A stretch of 64,000 nt of DNA from a virus, in IMG/VR virus record IMGVR_UViG_3300037541_000522, positions 1-64,000 of that record, one strand, 5' to 3'. Below, piece after piece: positions 30,430-41,236 of this stretch (position 1 is its first letter; each line of letters begins with the position of its first letter). The notes under the pieces are model-generated. The model was not told the origin of the DNA. It did no database searches and saw nothing but the letters and a program-made list of their open reading frames with translations. The position numbers were made by a program, and so were the translations under genes.

Positions 30430-32226
30430 TTAGTCCTCTATCTTAGAGATATTTTGTTTCTTAACAACTGTAATCTTTTCTAACAGGGGATGGGTAAATC
30501 CGTGTGATACTAGTAGTGTATTTAAGTTTTCTTCACGTAGTAAGATTTCTACAAGTTTTTCTTTTCCGTCTAGGTCTAGAGCTTCTACAGTTTCATCTAA
30601 GATTAGTAAGTTTACTCGATTTTGAGATAAACTCTGCATTAGCTTACGAATAGCAAGCAGTGTAGCTACATTAACTCTGGCACGCTCTCCGCCGCTTAAT
30701 GCTTGTATATCAATGTTATTACCATTGTCTACAATAATAACATTAAGTTTGTCATTACCACTAATCTCAAACGCAAGTTGAAATCTTCCACTACTTAATT
30801 CAGCTAAATATTGATTGGTTAGTACCTCTAGATCTTTTACTAAGTTTTCTATTTTATAAGCTACTAAACCAGTTGTACTAAATGTTTTTACTAGAATCGC
30901 TAGTATATTTAGGCGGCTTTGTAAACCTGCAAGATTAGCTTGCCAAGTAGTTAAATCTTCTTGCATATCAGCAAGCTGAGACTTTAAAAGTTCTGCTTTA
31001 CTGTTATGCTGTTGTCGTGCTTGATTTTCTAGCTCAATAGTTTGAATTGCAGTTTTAGCTTGTTGTATGGATTTTTGCAACTCATCTAGCTGTTTTTGTA
31101 GAATTTTTTCATCTAAGAGTTCATTGGGTAAATCATTATCAATTAGTTGATAGTATTTTTCCCATTCTGCCTGAGCTTCTATAGCTTCTTTCCACAGTTT
31201 TAATCTGTTTTCAATATCTTGAATTTTTGTGTTTACTTGTTGGCTAAACTCTTTACTAGTTGTAACGATTTGTTCATATTCATTAAGCAATTGTTGAGTT
31301 TTTTCTCTGTTAATTGCTTGTAAACAAGTAGGACAAGAATCTGATAGATTAGTTAGTTTACGAATAAACTGTTGAGCATCTTGTGCAGTTTTATCATGTT
31401 CAGCACGTTTAGTTATATATTCGCTAATAGTTTCTGTAGGTTTTTCTGGTACAGGTAACAGTTTTAATTTACCTTGAACTGTTTTATATGTATTGTTCTG
31501 AGAAATCTTTTTATTTTTAGCACTTATAGTACTAATAGTTTCTCGAATACTAGCATATTGGCTTATATCATCTTCTGGCTGGGAAGGAACTGGTAGAAGT
31601 GGTTTTTGTTCTAAATTTTGTTTGTTATACTTATCAATCCAGTCTTGAATTGTTCGCAACTTAGATTCTGCACTGGCTACTAGTACTCCTAGATCTTGGT
31701 GTAGGCGTTTAAATTGATCACCAGTTTCTGTGTACCTAGTTAAGTTTAGGAGTTCAATTAAAAACTTTTTACGAGCCGTATCCGCACTAGTTAGAAACTC
31801 TAGACTATTTGCACCACTTTGGTAAACTACTTGCGTAAAAGTTTTGTGATCAATACCTATAATGTCTTCAATAATTTTATAGGTTGTAGTAGCAGTATGC
31901 CCACTTATATCTTTGCCATTCTTATACAACTTAACAATCTGAGAACCAGATCGTTTTGTTTCTATCCTATACTCATCGTTATCTTTTGTTAGTGCAAGTT
32001 CTACGTTATACCAGTTATCTTTTACATATCGGTTTAAAATATCTGCTTTTTTAATACCTTTGCTATTCTTATTATATAGAACTTCTTCAAGTATAAGAGC
32101 TATAGAACTTTTACCGTGTCCGTTTTTACCAATTAATTGCATTAGTGGAGCACTAGTAAAGTTTATTTGATTATCTTTGCCGTAACTAAAACAGTTAGAC
32201 CATTTTAAGTGCTTTATTGTTATCAT
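30430..32226 (-). CDS. D13: SbcC/Rad50-like ATPase (T5 D13-like)
   Basis: GKNGHGKSS, central CPTC hook, LSGGE, LDE. Confidence 0.92.
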   Translation of the reverse strand: MITIKHLKWSNCFSYGKDNQINFTSAPLMQLIGKNGHGKSSIALILEEVLYNKNSKGIKKADILNRYVKDNWYNVELALTKDNDEYRIETKRSGSQIVKLYKNGKDISGHTATTTYKIIEDIIGIDHKTFTQVVYQSGANSLEFLTSADTARKKFLIELLNLTRYTETGDQFKRLHQDLGVLVASAESKLRTIQDWIDKYNKQNLEQKPLLPVPSQPEDDISQYASIRETISTISAKNKKISQNNTYKTVQGKLKLLPVPEKPTETISEYITKRAEHDKTAQDAQQFIRKLTNLSDSCPTCLQAINREKTQQLLNEYEQIVTTSKEFSQQVNTKIQDIENRLKLWKEAIEAQAEWEKYYQLIDNDLPNELLDEKILQKQLDELQKSIQQAKTAIQTIELENQARQQHNSKAELLKSQLADMQEDLTTWQANLAGLQSRLNILAILVKTFSTTGLVAYKIENLVKDLEVLTNQYLAELSSGRFQLAFEISGNDKLNVIIVDNGNNIDIQALSGGERARVNVATLLAIRKLMQSLSQNRVNLLILDETVEALDLDGKEKLVEILLREENLNTLLVSHGFTHPLLEKITVVKKQNISKIED

Positions 32227-32467
32227 TTAAAAATCTTCTAAATTCCTGTAGTCCACCAATCCATTTACCATCTACTACAATTTGTGGAACACTGCGTGCA
32301 CCCGGTAGTGTACTAAAAAATAGTTGTTTAGTTTCTGGCGTATCTATTACGTTAACTTGGTATAGAACACCAAGTTGATCTAATAATTTTTTAACCGTAT
32401 CACACCCAGGGCAGTTTGGCTGCGACCATACAACAACTTGTTTAATCTGTAAGTTTGTCTCTGGCAT
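32195..32467 (-). CDS. Glutaredoxin
   Basis: CPGC, SVPQI, IGG. Confidence 0.88.
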   Translation of the reverse strand: MPETNLQIKQVVVWSQPNCPGCDTVKKLLDQLGVLYQVNVIDTPETKQLFFSTLPGARSVPQIVVDGKWIGGLQEFRRFLNDNNKALKMV

Positions 32468-33410
32468 TATAAAATTCCTCTAATACGCTATTAATTGTAG
32501 TCTGATCTAGTTCTAGAATATAGGTAAGATATTCACGAACTTCCTCAGCCATAGTCATATTAGGGTCTAGAATAAGCTGAGTATCTTGTGCTCGTTTTAC
32601 TACTTTTTTATCGATTAGGTCACTATCTTCTAGTTGACTTAATTCGTGCAAGTTACCCTCAATCTCATAGATTGTATGATCGGGGTATGTCTGCGGTTTA
32701 GGGTCGCTTACGCCTACTGTTCGCTTAATAAGCTGTGGTAGATCAAACTTTAGCCACTCATGTTCCAAATTGTCCAAGTCAAGTAAGATGCATCCAGTTT
32801 CAACTCTGTTACGATGAAAGCTAGTAGTATAAGGACTACCGGGATAGAGAATATTACGCTGAGAGTTTTCATAACTGTGTAGATCTCCTGCTAGTACTAC
32901 TTGCCAGCGATTTAGTAGTTCTAGATTAATTTCTGCCTTAACGTGTGGAGGAATATCTCCACGAACATGAGTTACTAGTACTCTACCTTGAAAGTCTAAA
33001 TTACTGTAATTATCTTGAAAATCCCGTAATTTATTATAAGGAATAATATCAATGTCTCCACCAAGTAAATCACTCCTATAGTCATCACATACAGTTACTA
33101 GTTTATTTAATCGCCAAGTTGCACGTTTTAGATATGTTAAAAAGGTAGTATCCTTTTTAACCATTTCATGATTACCACTATAAATAACACTGGGTTTTTG
33201 AAGGCTAGCTACTAGGTCAAAATATAGCTCGACTTCATCCATATTAGGCAGTCTGTCAAATATATCACCGCCTATAATAATCATATCAGCTTTATCTTGC
33301 ATCTCATGAAATTGATCTACAAATAGCTGAAATCTATTTTTAGCCCATTCTGTGGGCACATTCTTTTGACCTAGTTTAATGTGAATGTCGGCTGTAAAAA
33401 GTAATTTCAT
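32442..33410 (-). CDS. D12: SbcD/Mre11-like nuclease (T5 D12-like)
   Basis: ADIH, GGDIFD, GNHE, GDLH, YPGSP. Confidence 0.92.
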   Translation of the reverse strand: MKLLFTADIHIKLGQKNVPTEWAKNRFQLFVDQFHEMQDKADMIIIGGDIFDRLPNMDEVELYFDLVASLQKPSVIYSGNHEMVKKDTTFLTYLKRATWRLNKLVTVCDDYRSDLLGGDIDIIPYNKLRDFQDNYSNLDFQGRVLVTHVRGDIPPHVKAEINLELLNRWQVVLAGDLHSYENSQRNILYPGSPYTTSFHRNRVETGCILLDLDNLEHEWLKFDLPQLIKRTVGVSDPKPQTYPDHTIYEIEGNLHELSQLEDSDLIDKKVVKRAQDTQLILDPNMTMAEEVREYLTYILELDQTTINSVLEEFYNARDKLTD

Positions 33411-33420
33411 AATATAAGAT

Positions 33421-33454
33421 AAAATAGCCTGCTAAACTTTTGGCTTAGCAGGCT
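33421..33454 (-). terminator. Terminator/stabilising hairpin after D11
   Basis: AGCCUGCUAAG-loop-UUUAGCAGGCU-AUUUU. Confidence 0.7.
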
Positions 33455-33460
33455 GGATTA

Positions 33461-34105
33461 TTAAGCTAAATCTTTAACAGCTTCACGTTCGCTATCTGTT
33501 TGATTCTCTTGTTCCTCTTCTTGACCTTTTTGCAGTTTCTCGATTAAGGCTTTTACCTCGTCGCTGGTGGGGCGAGGATACTTTTCATCAATAGATACTG
33601 CGGTATCAGCTAGCTTACGCTCGTTATCACCAAGGCTGCGCTGTTTACAACGAAGAACTTGCAGGGTGTATTCAACATTAAAAGCTAGTGGGCCAGTTTT
33701 ATTACGCTTAAACACTACATCCCAACCAGTATCGTAGTCAGTAGGGTCGCCCAGATCTTCTGCAGCAGTTAGGATTTGCTCAAACAGTTTCTTTTTAAGA
33801 TTTAGTACTTTAACTTTTCCATCCTTAGGATCAATACAGTTAACTGCATAGCTCCAGGAGCACTTCAAGTCAGGATACGAATCTTGTACCCAATCTTTTT
33901 CTAGATTATCAAATTTTTCTTTTTCACGACTAAAAGCTAGACATTCAATAGGAATATCTTTGTTATTAGTACCTTTTACCCAGTATACATAGCGTGGAAG
34001 AACCCCACCAATAAGCCTAACAGAGTTTTCTCCGTCTTTGTACTCGTAAGATTCAACTTTAGATGTTTGTGCTTTGCCTTTGGTTTGTTTAAATGAGAGT
34101 GCCAT
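33461..34105 (-). CDS. D11: T5 D11-like ssDNA-binding/recombination protein
   Basis: GVLPRYVYW, ECLAF.REKE.F, NLKKKLFEQI; acidic tail; synteny. Confidence 0.8.
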   Translation of the reverse strand: MALSFKQTKGKAQTSKVESYEYKDGENSVRLIGGVLPRYVYWVKGTNNKDIPIECLAFSREKEKFDNLEKDWVQDSYPDLKCSWSYAVNCIDPKDGKVKVLNLKKKLFEQILTAAEDLGDPTDYDTGWDVVFKRNKTGPLAFNVEYTLQVLRCKQRSLGDNERKLADTAVSIDEKYPRPTSDEVKALIEKLQKGQEEEQENQTDSEREAVKDLA

Positions 34106-34490
34106 TTGTTTCCTCGTATATAAATTTTATATGTGCGTGTTTAATTATTAATAGCGGATTGTGTTTAATTGTAGCTATATTTAAGTCTGGGTATAAGGTT
34201 AAGTCAAGATGTTTTTGTTTTATGGTTTTATAGGAAAGATAATCTCTGCGTCCAGCTAGCCTAATATACTGTGCCTTAAATATTGCATCTGTTATTTTAT
34301 CTTCAAATAGTGCTTTTGGATTTAACAAATAACTACTGCCTGCTTCTAGCCCCAAAATAGGTTTGTACTTTTCTCGTGCATTTTTAGGTATCCGAATACC
34401 AAGAAAACACTTATGTAGAGCTGCAACTAAATATTCAGGGTCGTTGTTTGTAGCAAACTCTAATTTGTTTAGGTTAAAAAAGAAGATCAT
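34089..34490 (-). CDS. Conserved T5-like hypothetical protein
   Basis: Located between D10 and D11; QYIRLAGRRDY. Confidence 0.6.
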   Translation of the reverse strand: MIFFFNLNKLEFATNNDPEYLVAALHKCFLGIRIPKNAREKYKPILGLEAGSSYLLNPKALFEDKITDAIFKAQYIRLAGRRDYLSYKTIKQKHLDLTLYPDLNIATIKHNPLLIIKHAHIKFIYEETNGTLI

Positions 34491-34508
34491 TCTTTGAAGT
34501 AAAATAAT

Positions 34509-34537
34509 ATTATATCACTTTGTAGAACATTTTGCAA
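34509..34537 (-). promoter_or_regulatory. sigma70-type promoter
   Basis: TTGCAA-17-TATAAT. Confidence 0.8.
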
Positions 34538-34548
34538 GTCAAAATTTT

Positions 34549-35841
34549 TTAAACCGTTTCAATGTGCCAGCCCTTTCTAAGGTACAAGCCTAGGCGGTTT
34601 CTGTTTTGCTTTTTATCAGCCCAACCAGCAAACTGTAGATCTACTACTAGTGGATCTAATTTACCAGGATGTTGTCGTTGTATTCTACCAATAACTTGCT
34701 CTAACAAGCTATCGTTGTTCATTGGTATTGCTAGGATAACACAGGAGAGTGAGTTGATTGAGATTCCTTCTGAGAAGATTTGTCTGCTACCAGCAATCGA
34801 CATTTTTTCACGGTTAAGGAGCTGTTGTTTAATCGTCTGACGCTCATCAAACCCGGTTTCGCCAGTAACCAACACACAATTTTCTCCGATGTATTCTTTG
34901 ACATTTCGTAAAAACTCCACCCTATCTGCAATTATAAGTACTTGATGCCCTGTTTCTATTTCTTGTTTAGCAATGCCAGCAATAAACTCTTGATAACTGG
35001 TATCGTTTGCTAGTGTATTTACTTTTTCAACCCATGTAGCGCCATGTTTAAGTGTGATTCCAGTGTTAACTGTCCTGACCGTTGGGGCCAGTGTGTTACT
35101 TTGTGGGGGCTTGATAACATGATTTCCAAAATAATCTTGAAATAAGACGTGTTTTCCATCTTTACGTTGCATTGTTCCCGACAGAGCAATGCGAAATCTA
35201 CTGTGAAAAGTGTCAATAATTTGTGTAAATGTTGTTGCTGGACAGTGGTGTGCTTCATCTAGAATAATTGTTCCAAATTCTTTGCTTAGTGTATTACAGT
35301 GCTTTACAAGCGTTTGCACATTAGCCACAGTAATAGCATGATCTTCCCAATCTAACTTACCACTACCTATAATTCCAGCTCTAATACCAAATAGGTTTTC
35401 TACTTCTTCACACCATTGATCTCTAAGCGCTGTAGTGTGAGTAATTACTAGTGTTTTTTGACCCAGCTTTCTAGCAAGATGTAGTGCGGTAAATGTTTTA
35501 CCCCAGCCTACTAGTGCATTAATAAAGCAGGTATCTGTAATCTCGTCACATACGGCCTGTTGTTCTGGGCGTAGCTCAAACTTAGGGTCTGGAAACGGAG
35601 CAGGAACAAGTACTCGTTTATCTACTACTTCCCAGCCTTGAGGAATTAAATCTTTACGGCCTTGTGGAACACTAATAATACCATTACCAATTATTTTATA
35701 GTTTCTAATAGTTTCTATACTACTAAAATGTTTACTACCAGTATCTTTTTTAAACTTATAGGTAAGAGTATCAATAATTTTTTTAGATAGTTCTGCACCT
35801 GGATCATTTAAGTATATTTTATTACTTATGACTGCTTTCAT
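34549..35841 (-). CDS. D10: SF2 helicase (T5 D10-like)
   Basis: GWGKT, DEAHH, LSGT..RKDG, EGI, Q.IGRI.R. Confidence 0.9.
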   Translation of the reverse strand: MKAVISNKIYLNDPGAELSKKIIDTLTYKFKKDTGSKHFSSIETIRNYKIIGNGIISVPQGRKDLIPQGWEVVDKRVLVPAPFPDPKFELRPEQQAVCDEITDTCFINALVGWGKTFTALHLARKLGQKTLVITHTTALRDQWCEEVENLFGIRAGIIGSGKLDWEDHAITVANVQTLVKHCNTLSKEFGTIILDEAHHCPATTFTQIIDTFHSRFRIALSGTMQRKDGKHVLFQDYFGNHVIKPPQSNTLAPTVRTVNTGITLKHGATWVEKVNTLANDTSYQEFIAGIAKQEIETGHQVLIIADRVEFLRNVKEYIGENCVLVTGETGFDERQTIKQQLLNREKMSIAGSRQIFSEGISINSLSCVILAIPMNNDSLLEQVIGRIQRQHPGKLDPLVVDLQFAGWADKKQNRNRLGLYLRKGWHIETV

Positions 35842-35844
35842 TTG

Positions 35845-36423
35845 CTAGATTAGCCTGTAGGTAGTTTTAAATTGATCCAAGTATAAGCCGTATAACATAT
35901 AACCTAAACCCCACTGTAGTATACCAGCATAGCGTTCACCATTTTGTGGATGTCTGAGAGACTTAAATCTCTGATCTAGACCCTCAATTTCTAGAATACA
36001 CCCTAGATTGGTCGCAGGTAACACCCTTTTAATCTTCCGGCAAACCAGCTTGGCGCGTGTGGATTTTTTGTACTGAAATAAGTTTCCATGGTTGTCTATA
36101 AACCATGTAGTAGGCTTTGCTAATTTTATTAAATCCACCAAGAAGTATATTGCGCGAGTAATAGGAAACAGTTTTGATTGGTCAAGCTGATATTTTAAGT
36201 GCAATCGTCTCAGCCCTAGGGTCGGTGCATCTACAGTTCTATCGTCTACAAGACGAAAACCTATAAAACTATTTGTAGAATCTTTATCTACGTACTCTTT
36301 AGAGTAGAACACAACCCCATCCTCAACAGTAGGCTTGTGCTCTCCTAGTCTAAATACGGGCCAGACGATCTCCCCTAAATTCATAAGTTTCCTCAAAAGA
36401 TCCAAAACTGTAGTCATCACCAA
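35845..36423 (-). CDS. Conserved T5-like hypothetical protein (true start probably internal)
   Basis: Synteny between pol and D10. Confidence 0.6.
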   Translation of the reverse strand: MVMTTVLDLLRKLMNLGEIVWPVFRLGEHKPTVEDGVVFYSKEYVDKDSTNSFIGFRLVDDRTVDAPTLGLRRLHLKYQLDQSKLFPITRAIYFLVDLIKLAKPTTWFIDNHGNLFQYKKSTRAKLVCRKIKRVLPATNLGCILEIEGLDQRFKSLRHPQNGERYAGILQWGLGYMLYGLYLDQFKTTYRLI

Positions 36424-38632
36424 TATCTTGGTCTACTCCAATAGGTGAGCCAGAAATACTGCACCCACGATCAGTTTGAGTTCTAGTTTTTAGGATTTTG
36501 CAATAAGTATCAACATCTTTTTCATTAACTAGCGCAACAATAGAGTCATGTACTAACATGAATATTTTAGCATCCAAACCAAGTTTATTGACTTCTTGTT
36601 GAGTTTCCATTGCAGCCAGCAAGTTCATATCGCTGGCTAGAGATTGTACTTCGCTGTTAATACCGCTGCGTACCTCGTGCGCTGCAATACCTTTATCACT
36701 AGAAAACACATTGGGCAACCTACGCTTTCTGCCAAAAAAGCTATAAGTAAACCCATTTTCTTCAATAAACCGTTTGCGACCGTCCAGCCACTTTTTTAGT
36801 TTATTAAACTTGTTAAAATATGCGTCAATGTCATCTTGTGCCTGTCTAACTGGATAAGGCTTTCCAGTAGCTTTTGTAACAGTTACAGACACTTTTTGAG
36901 CACCAGATCCATATAGGATACCAAAGCTAATAGCCTTAGCACTTTGCCGCATTTCTGGGTATAGTTTCTTAACCTGATCTACTTCACAAGGCAGATTAAA
37001 CACCATTTTAGCAATCGTACTGTGAAAGTCTCCGCCGCTGCTAAACACTTGTTGCAGGTTTTTATCTGCACTTAATACAGCCGCATAATACATCTCTGCA
37101 GTAGTCAAGTCTTGCGAGATTATTTTGTAGCCCAAGGGAGCTCGGATACATCCTTTAATAATTGGATCATCTCGTGGTATTTGTTGTGCATTAAATTTAC
37201 CGCTAGAACTAAGTCGGCCACTTGTTGTGAAAATAAGATTAAAATTAGTCCTAATTCTACCATCTTTGTCTAGCTCCGGCAGGATTTTATTGATATAAGT
37301 ATTTTGAATTTTACCTAATTGCCTAACCTTTAGGATAGCACCTGGCAGAGGGTGTTCTTCACTAAGTTTTTCTAGGACTTCGGCGTCTGTAGAAACCGCT
37401 CCGGTACTAGTTTTTTTACCTGTAGGCTGTAGTCCAACATAGTCGAATAGTACCTCACGTAGATGAAACACAGAATTAGCGTTAAAGATTTTACCAGAAT
37501 CTTTTTCAAATTCTTGTACCTCCTTGTAGGTAAATATAGCCTGTTTTGCTTCTTCAATCTGATCGTCTAGATAAAGTTTTGCTGCCTGCATTCTTTTTAC
37601 ACTAATAGGAATACCTACTTCTTCCATATTCATGAGAAACACAGTACCATCGATTAACAGATTTTTATATACCCACAAAAACTTATCATTCTTTTGAATA
37701 ATAGGCCAGAACTTTTGATATAGCTCATAGGTTACAGCAGTATCAATACTTGCATATTCTGAGATAATATCAAAAGGAATCAAATCATAGGTAAACTGCT
37801 CTTCTAGAATACCTTTTGATCTACAGTATTCTTTTTTGAAAGTGTCTAGAGCAGAATCATAATCACCAAAATCTGTGTACTTTAGGGCTAGTTCTTTTAA
37901 GCCATGACTATCAGTTTCATCAAGCACATAGTGCATAACCATAGTGTCATGAACATGGTCTGGTCTAAAGTCAATTCCAAGATGATAGCGAATCATCTTA
38001 AAGTCAAACTTTAGATTATGAAATACAATGTCAAAAGTATCAGCAATTTCTTGAATAAGCTGAATACATTCTTCATCTAGACAATCTGTAAGAATGTATC
38101 TGCCATGTTTTGACCTGTAGGTTACACTAAGGCCAAGCACATAGCCATCTCGAGGATATAGTGCGGTAGTTTCTGTATCCATACACACCACGCCCTGGGC
38201 ACCAGCCAAAACCTCCCTAAAGAATTCTTTAGCCTCTACAGTATCATCAATACCCTTATAGTCGCCAGCCTGTAGTGGCTTAACTTCACCATTATAAATT
38301 TTGATGATTTTGTCTAGTGCACGCTCAAAGTCAGGTTTACCCTCTGGCTTGAACGCAAGCATTGCCGGGTTAGTAATACACACAAACTTATCGTCTACTA
38401 GCTGCCCAGCCATGTTAGTAACGCTGGTAACTTTAGCATATTCTTTAGCAGCTTCTGCGCCCACTAGAATAACTAGATCATACAGTTCATGATCAAAATC
38501 TAAATCAACATCTTTTTTGAGCAACTTAGTAATAGGAACACTACTCATATGAAAGTGTTCAAACTCAAAAAGAAAGTAGTCAGAATATCTAGTTCTATTT
38601 GGTGCTTTGTCAATTAAGGCTACGCGCTTCAT
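36350..38632 (-). CDS. polA: DNA polymerase family A with 3'-5' exonuclease
   Basis: DTETT, HNLKFD, TSGRLSS, DLTTAE, RQSAKAISFGILYG, VHDS. Confidence 0.95.
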   Translation of the reverse strand: MKRVALIDKAPNRTRYSDYFLFEFEHFHMSSVPITKLLKKDVDLDFDHELYDLVILVGAEAAKEYAKVTSVTNMAGQLVDDKFVCITNPAMLAFKPEGKPDFERALDKIIKIYNGEVKPLQAGDYKGIDDTVEAKEFFREVLAGAQGVVCMDTETTALYPRDGYVLGLSVTYRSKHGRYILTDCLDEECIQLIQEIADTFDIVFHNLKFDFKMIRYHLGIDFRPDHVHDTMVMHYVLDETDSHGLKELALKYTDFGDYDSALDTFKKEYCRSKGILEEQFTYDLIPFDIISEYASIDTAVTYELYQKFWPIIQKNDKFLWVYKNLLIDGTVFLMNMEEVGIPISVKRMQAAKLYLDDQIEEAKQAIFTYKEVQEFEKDSGKIFNANSVFHLREVLFDYVGLQPTGKKTSTGAVSTDAEVLEKLSEEHPLPGAILKVRQLGKIQNTYINKILPELDKDGRIRTNFNLIFTTSGRLSSSGKFNAQQIPRDDPIIKGCIRAPLGYKIISQDLTTAEMYYAAVLSADKNLQQVFSSGGDFHSTIAKMVFNLPCEVDQVKKLYPEMRQSAKAISFGILYGSGAQKVSVTVTKATGKPYPVRQAQDDIDAYFNKFNKLKKWLDGRKRFIEENGFTYSFFGRKRRLPNVFSSDKGIAAHEVRSGINSEVQSLASDMNLLAAMETQQEVNKLGLDAKIFMLVHDSIVALVNEKDVDTYCKILKTRTQTDRGCSISGSPIGVDQDIGDDYSFGSFEETYEFRGDRLARI

Positions 38633-39489
38633 GTGTTATATCCAATATAATTTTTTATGCTGTCTACTGTTTCTTGATCTAGTTCGCCAGGGTCTGTATC
38701 TTCAGGTAGATTTATAATTTCTACTAGAAATCCACAATCTTCAATTAGTGGTTTTAGTGTTTGCATAGCATTTTGACCTGCTTCGTCGCCATCAAACATC
38801 AAGTAGATTTTTGTTATACCTTGGGCTCTGTATGGTAATAGTTTAAGCTGTGTATCGTTTTGAAGTGTATTTGTACCAAATGTGCATACTACTGGGTGTA
38901 GTCCTTTATCGTAGACATTTAGTAAATCAAATATGCCTTCAACCATCACTAGGCTAGTTGATTCGTACGGCATATGTGGTGGGAATAAGGGAATCTGCAC
39001 ACCACTAGGATAATTTACATATCTAGGATTGCCATTGCTCATAGTATGCCGGGCTACAAATACTTGGATTTTATTAGTAATGTCCCAAATAGGAAACACT
39101 ATTCTATCCTGAAGTTTTTCTACTTGATTTGTATAAAATGCTTCAAATTTCTTTAAAGTTTTTGGACTAATACCTCTAAATTGCTTTGTGTAAGGAGTAG
39201 CTCCTAGAGGCATATCTAGTCCAGTATTTGTAACCATAAGATCACGTAATTTTTTCTTTAATTTAGCTATTTTAATTGGTACTGGATTTGTAAAAACATT
39301 AAAATGTTTAAATACATTTGTTTTAAATCCGCAGCTAAAGCAGTGGGCGACTCCAGTTACTCGATCTATTCTAAAACTAGGATTTGAATCGTCATGCTCT
39401 GGATTAATACATTTTACAAGATAATCTCTGCCGCTTACGGTATAACTTAATCCTTGTTTTTGCAATAGTTCTAGTACTGGATCGCTCAT
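38629..39489 (-). CDS. DNA primase
   Basis: CINPEH...CFSC zinc finger; TOPRIM VEGIFD and FDGDEAG. Confidence 0.92.
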   Translation of the reverse strand: MSDPVLELLQKQGLSYTVSGRDYLVKCINPEHDDSNPSFRIDRVTGVAHCFSCGFKTNVFKHFNVFTNPVPIKIAKLKKKLRDLMVTNTGLDMPLGATPYTKQFRGISPKTLKKFEAFYTNQVEKLQDRIVFPIWDITNKIQVFVARHTMSNGNPRYVNYPSGVQIPLFPPHMPYESTSLVMVEGIFDLLNVYDKGLHPVVCTFGTNTLQNDTQLKLLPYRAQGITKIYLMFDGDEAGQNAMQTLKPLIEDCGFLVEIINLPEDTDPGELDQETVDSIKNYIGYNT

Positions 39490-40866
39490 TTATGTGTTCC
39501 AAGGTAGATCGTCTACTGGTTCTTGTGTTTTCTTAGTTTTTCCTGCGCGTTTTACTTTTTCTTCGTGCTCTGGTTTTTCTATAGTTTGAGGACTAATACG
39601 TAGTGTATCCCAATCAATAGGACAGGTAAACTGCATTTCTTTACCGCCACGTATTTTAGTAGTTTCAAAGGTAATTGCTTGCTTTTCTTTATCGTGTGCT
39701 TCCATTACTAATGCAATATCGGCAGCATCAAGAATACCTTTTGAAAATCTTGCCTCACCACTGGCATCAATTTGATACGGACTTACTAGTACTATTTCAT
39801 ACTTACGAGCCAGATTCTTTAATTTTTTGGATACCTCAATTTGTGGTTTCCAGTCATACTGGTCTATACCATCGGCAACAATTTGATTTAAGTAGTCTAC
39901 TACTACAACAGCTAGTTTATCGCCAAATCTAGCCTTCATTTTACCAATGTGCAAGTCAATAGCACCTATGCTCAAGTCTCTATCATCAACAATAACCATT
40001 TGATTGGTTTGTTTTAGACGATAGTTTCTGACTAGTGTTTCTTCAAATTTAAATCTATCTCTGTGACGCATAAACTCTAGAACGGTTTGATCCGCATCTT
40101 CAAACATCTCGGCTCTGGCTTTTACTACTTTAAGCACTTCTTCATCAGTTAATTTATTTTGTTTTAGGCTTTGATGATTAACATTAGCTAGAATAGCTAG
40201 GTTTCGCTCCATTACTTCTATAGCTGTCATCTCTATGCTAAAGTAAAGGCAACTATTACCACTCTCATACTGATTAATAAAAATATTACTACTAGTAATA
40301 CTCTTACCGCTACCTCGTTTACCACCGATGAGTATGAGTTCCTGTCTAGCCACGCCGCCAAGCACAGCATCAAAAGTATTGTTAAGTCCAAGATAAACAC
40401 GTTCTTTTTCTAACTCTTGAGGATTGCGGAATAGAAGAATATCGCTCATTGTGTATACTTTTTCACTAGTATGAGTCTTTTCTTCTATGGTTAGGGCTAT
40501 TGTTGATAAGTTTTCTTTTATTTCGTTGGAGTCGTAAAGTGGCAGTTTGTCTACAAATTTATCTAATAATTTTACAGTTTCGTTCTGAGTATACTGATCT
40601 ATAAGAGCATCAAGGGCTACTTCAGCACTAACATCGGGTAACTCAGTTAGCTTTAGTGTAGCTAGAGTTTTAGCTGCCGGACCTTCTCTAATAGTAAGTT
40701 CTAAGTCATCAAAGTTAGGTAGTTTATTATACCGTTCATAGTGCTTATTGATGACACTATACAAAGAGGAGTATGCCGGGTCTAAAAACACCAGCTTAAG
40801 CTTTGCCCATATATCTAGGCTCTGCTCAGATAGCAATTTATTTAAGACTACGGCGGATACATCCAC
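39490..40866 (-). CDS. D6: Replicative DnaB-like helicase (T5 D6-like)
   Basis: GGKRGSGKS, FSIEM, VVDYLNQ. Confidence 0.88.
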   Translation of the reverse strand: MDVSAVVLNKLLSEQSLDIWAKLKLVFLDPAYSSLYSVINKHYERYNKLPNFDDLELTIREGPAAKTLATLKLTELPDVSAEVALDALIDQYTQNETVKLLDKFVDKLPLYDSNEIKENLSTIALTIEEKTHTSEKVYTMSDILLFRNPQELEKERVYLGLNNTFDAVLGGVARQELILIGGKRGSGKSITSSNIFINQYESGNSCLYFSIEMTAIEVMERNLAILANVNHQSLKQNKLTDEEVLKVVKARAEMFEDADQTVLEFMRHRDRFKFEETLVRNYRLKQTNQMVIVDDRDLSIGAIDLHIGKMKARFGDKLAVVVVDYLNQIVADGIDQYDWKPQIEVSKKLKNLARKYEIVLVSPYQIDASGEARFSKGILDAADIALVMEAHDKEKQAITFETTKIRGGKEMQFTCPIDWDTLRISPQTIEKPEHEEKVKRAGKTKKTQEPVDDLPWNT

Positions 40867-40867
40867 A

Positions 40868-41167
40868 TTAACCTACCTTAGATTCATTGTCTACTATAAC
40901 TTGGTCTATAATTTCTGTAACTTTATAAACAATATTTTCTCGTAACTTTTTAATATCTTGCTGATAACTACTACCTTTGTCAAATAGTAGACTTAGCTGT
41001 TCATGTGTTACGAGCTGTTGTAAGCCAAAATATATATGGTCGTATGCCATTGTAGATTCTGGCATGACTTCTACTTGAGCTTGGCGACCATAGTTATGTA
41101 CTGCTTGCTTTACTACTTCTTCTACAGTAAACGATTCTGTATCGTGATATGTGATTGTAACTTTCAT
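40868..41167 (-). CDS. Hypothetical protein
   Basis: ORF in operon. Confidence 0.6.
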   Translation of the reverse strand: MKVTITYHDTESFTVEEVVKQAVHNYGRQAQVEVMPESTMAYDHIYFGLQQLVTHEQLSLLFDKGSSYQQDIKKLRENIVYKVTEIIDQVIVDNESKVG

Positions 41168-41183
41168 TTACAGTATCCAAAGT

Positions 41184-41216
41184 AAAAAGGCCGGGAGTTG
41201 ATTAGACTCCCGGCCT
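41184..41216 (-). terminator. Intrinsic terminator after D5
   Basis: AGGCCGGGAGU-loop-ACUCCCGGCCU-UUUU. Confidence 0.88.
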
Positions 41217-41236
41217 AGTGTTATGCCTAATCTAGA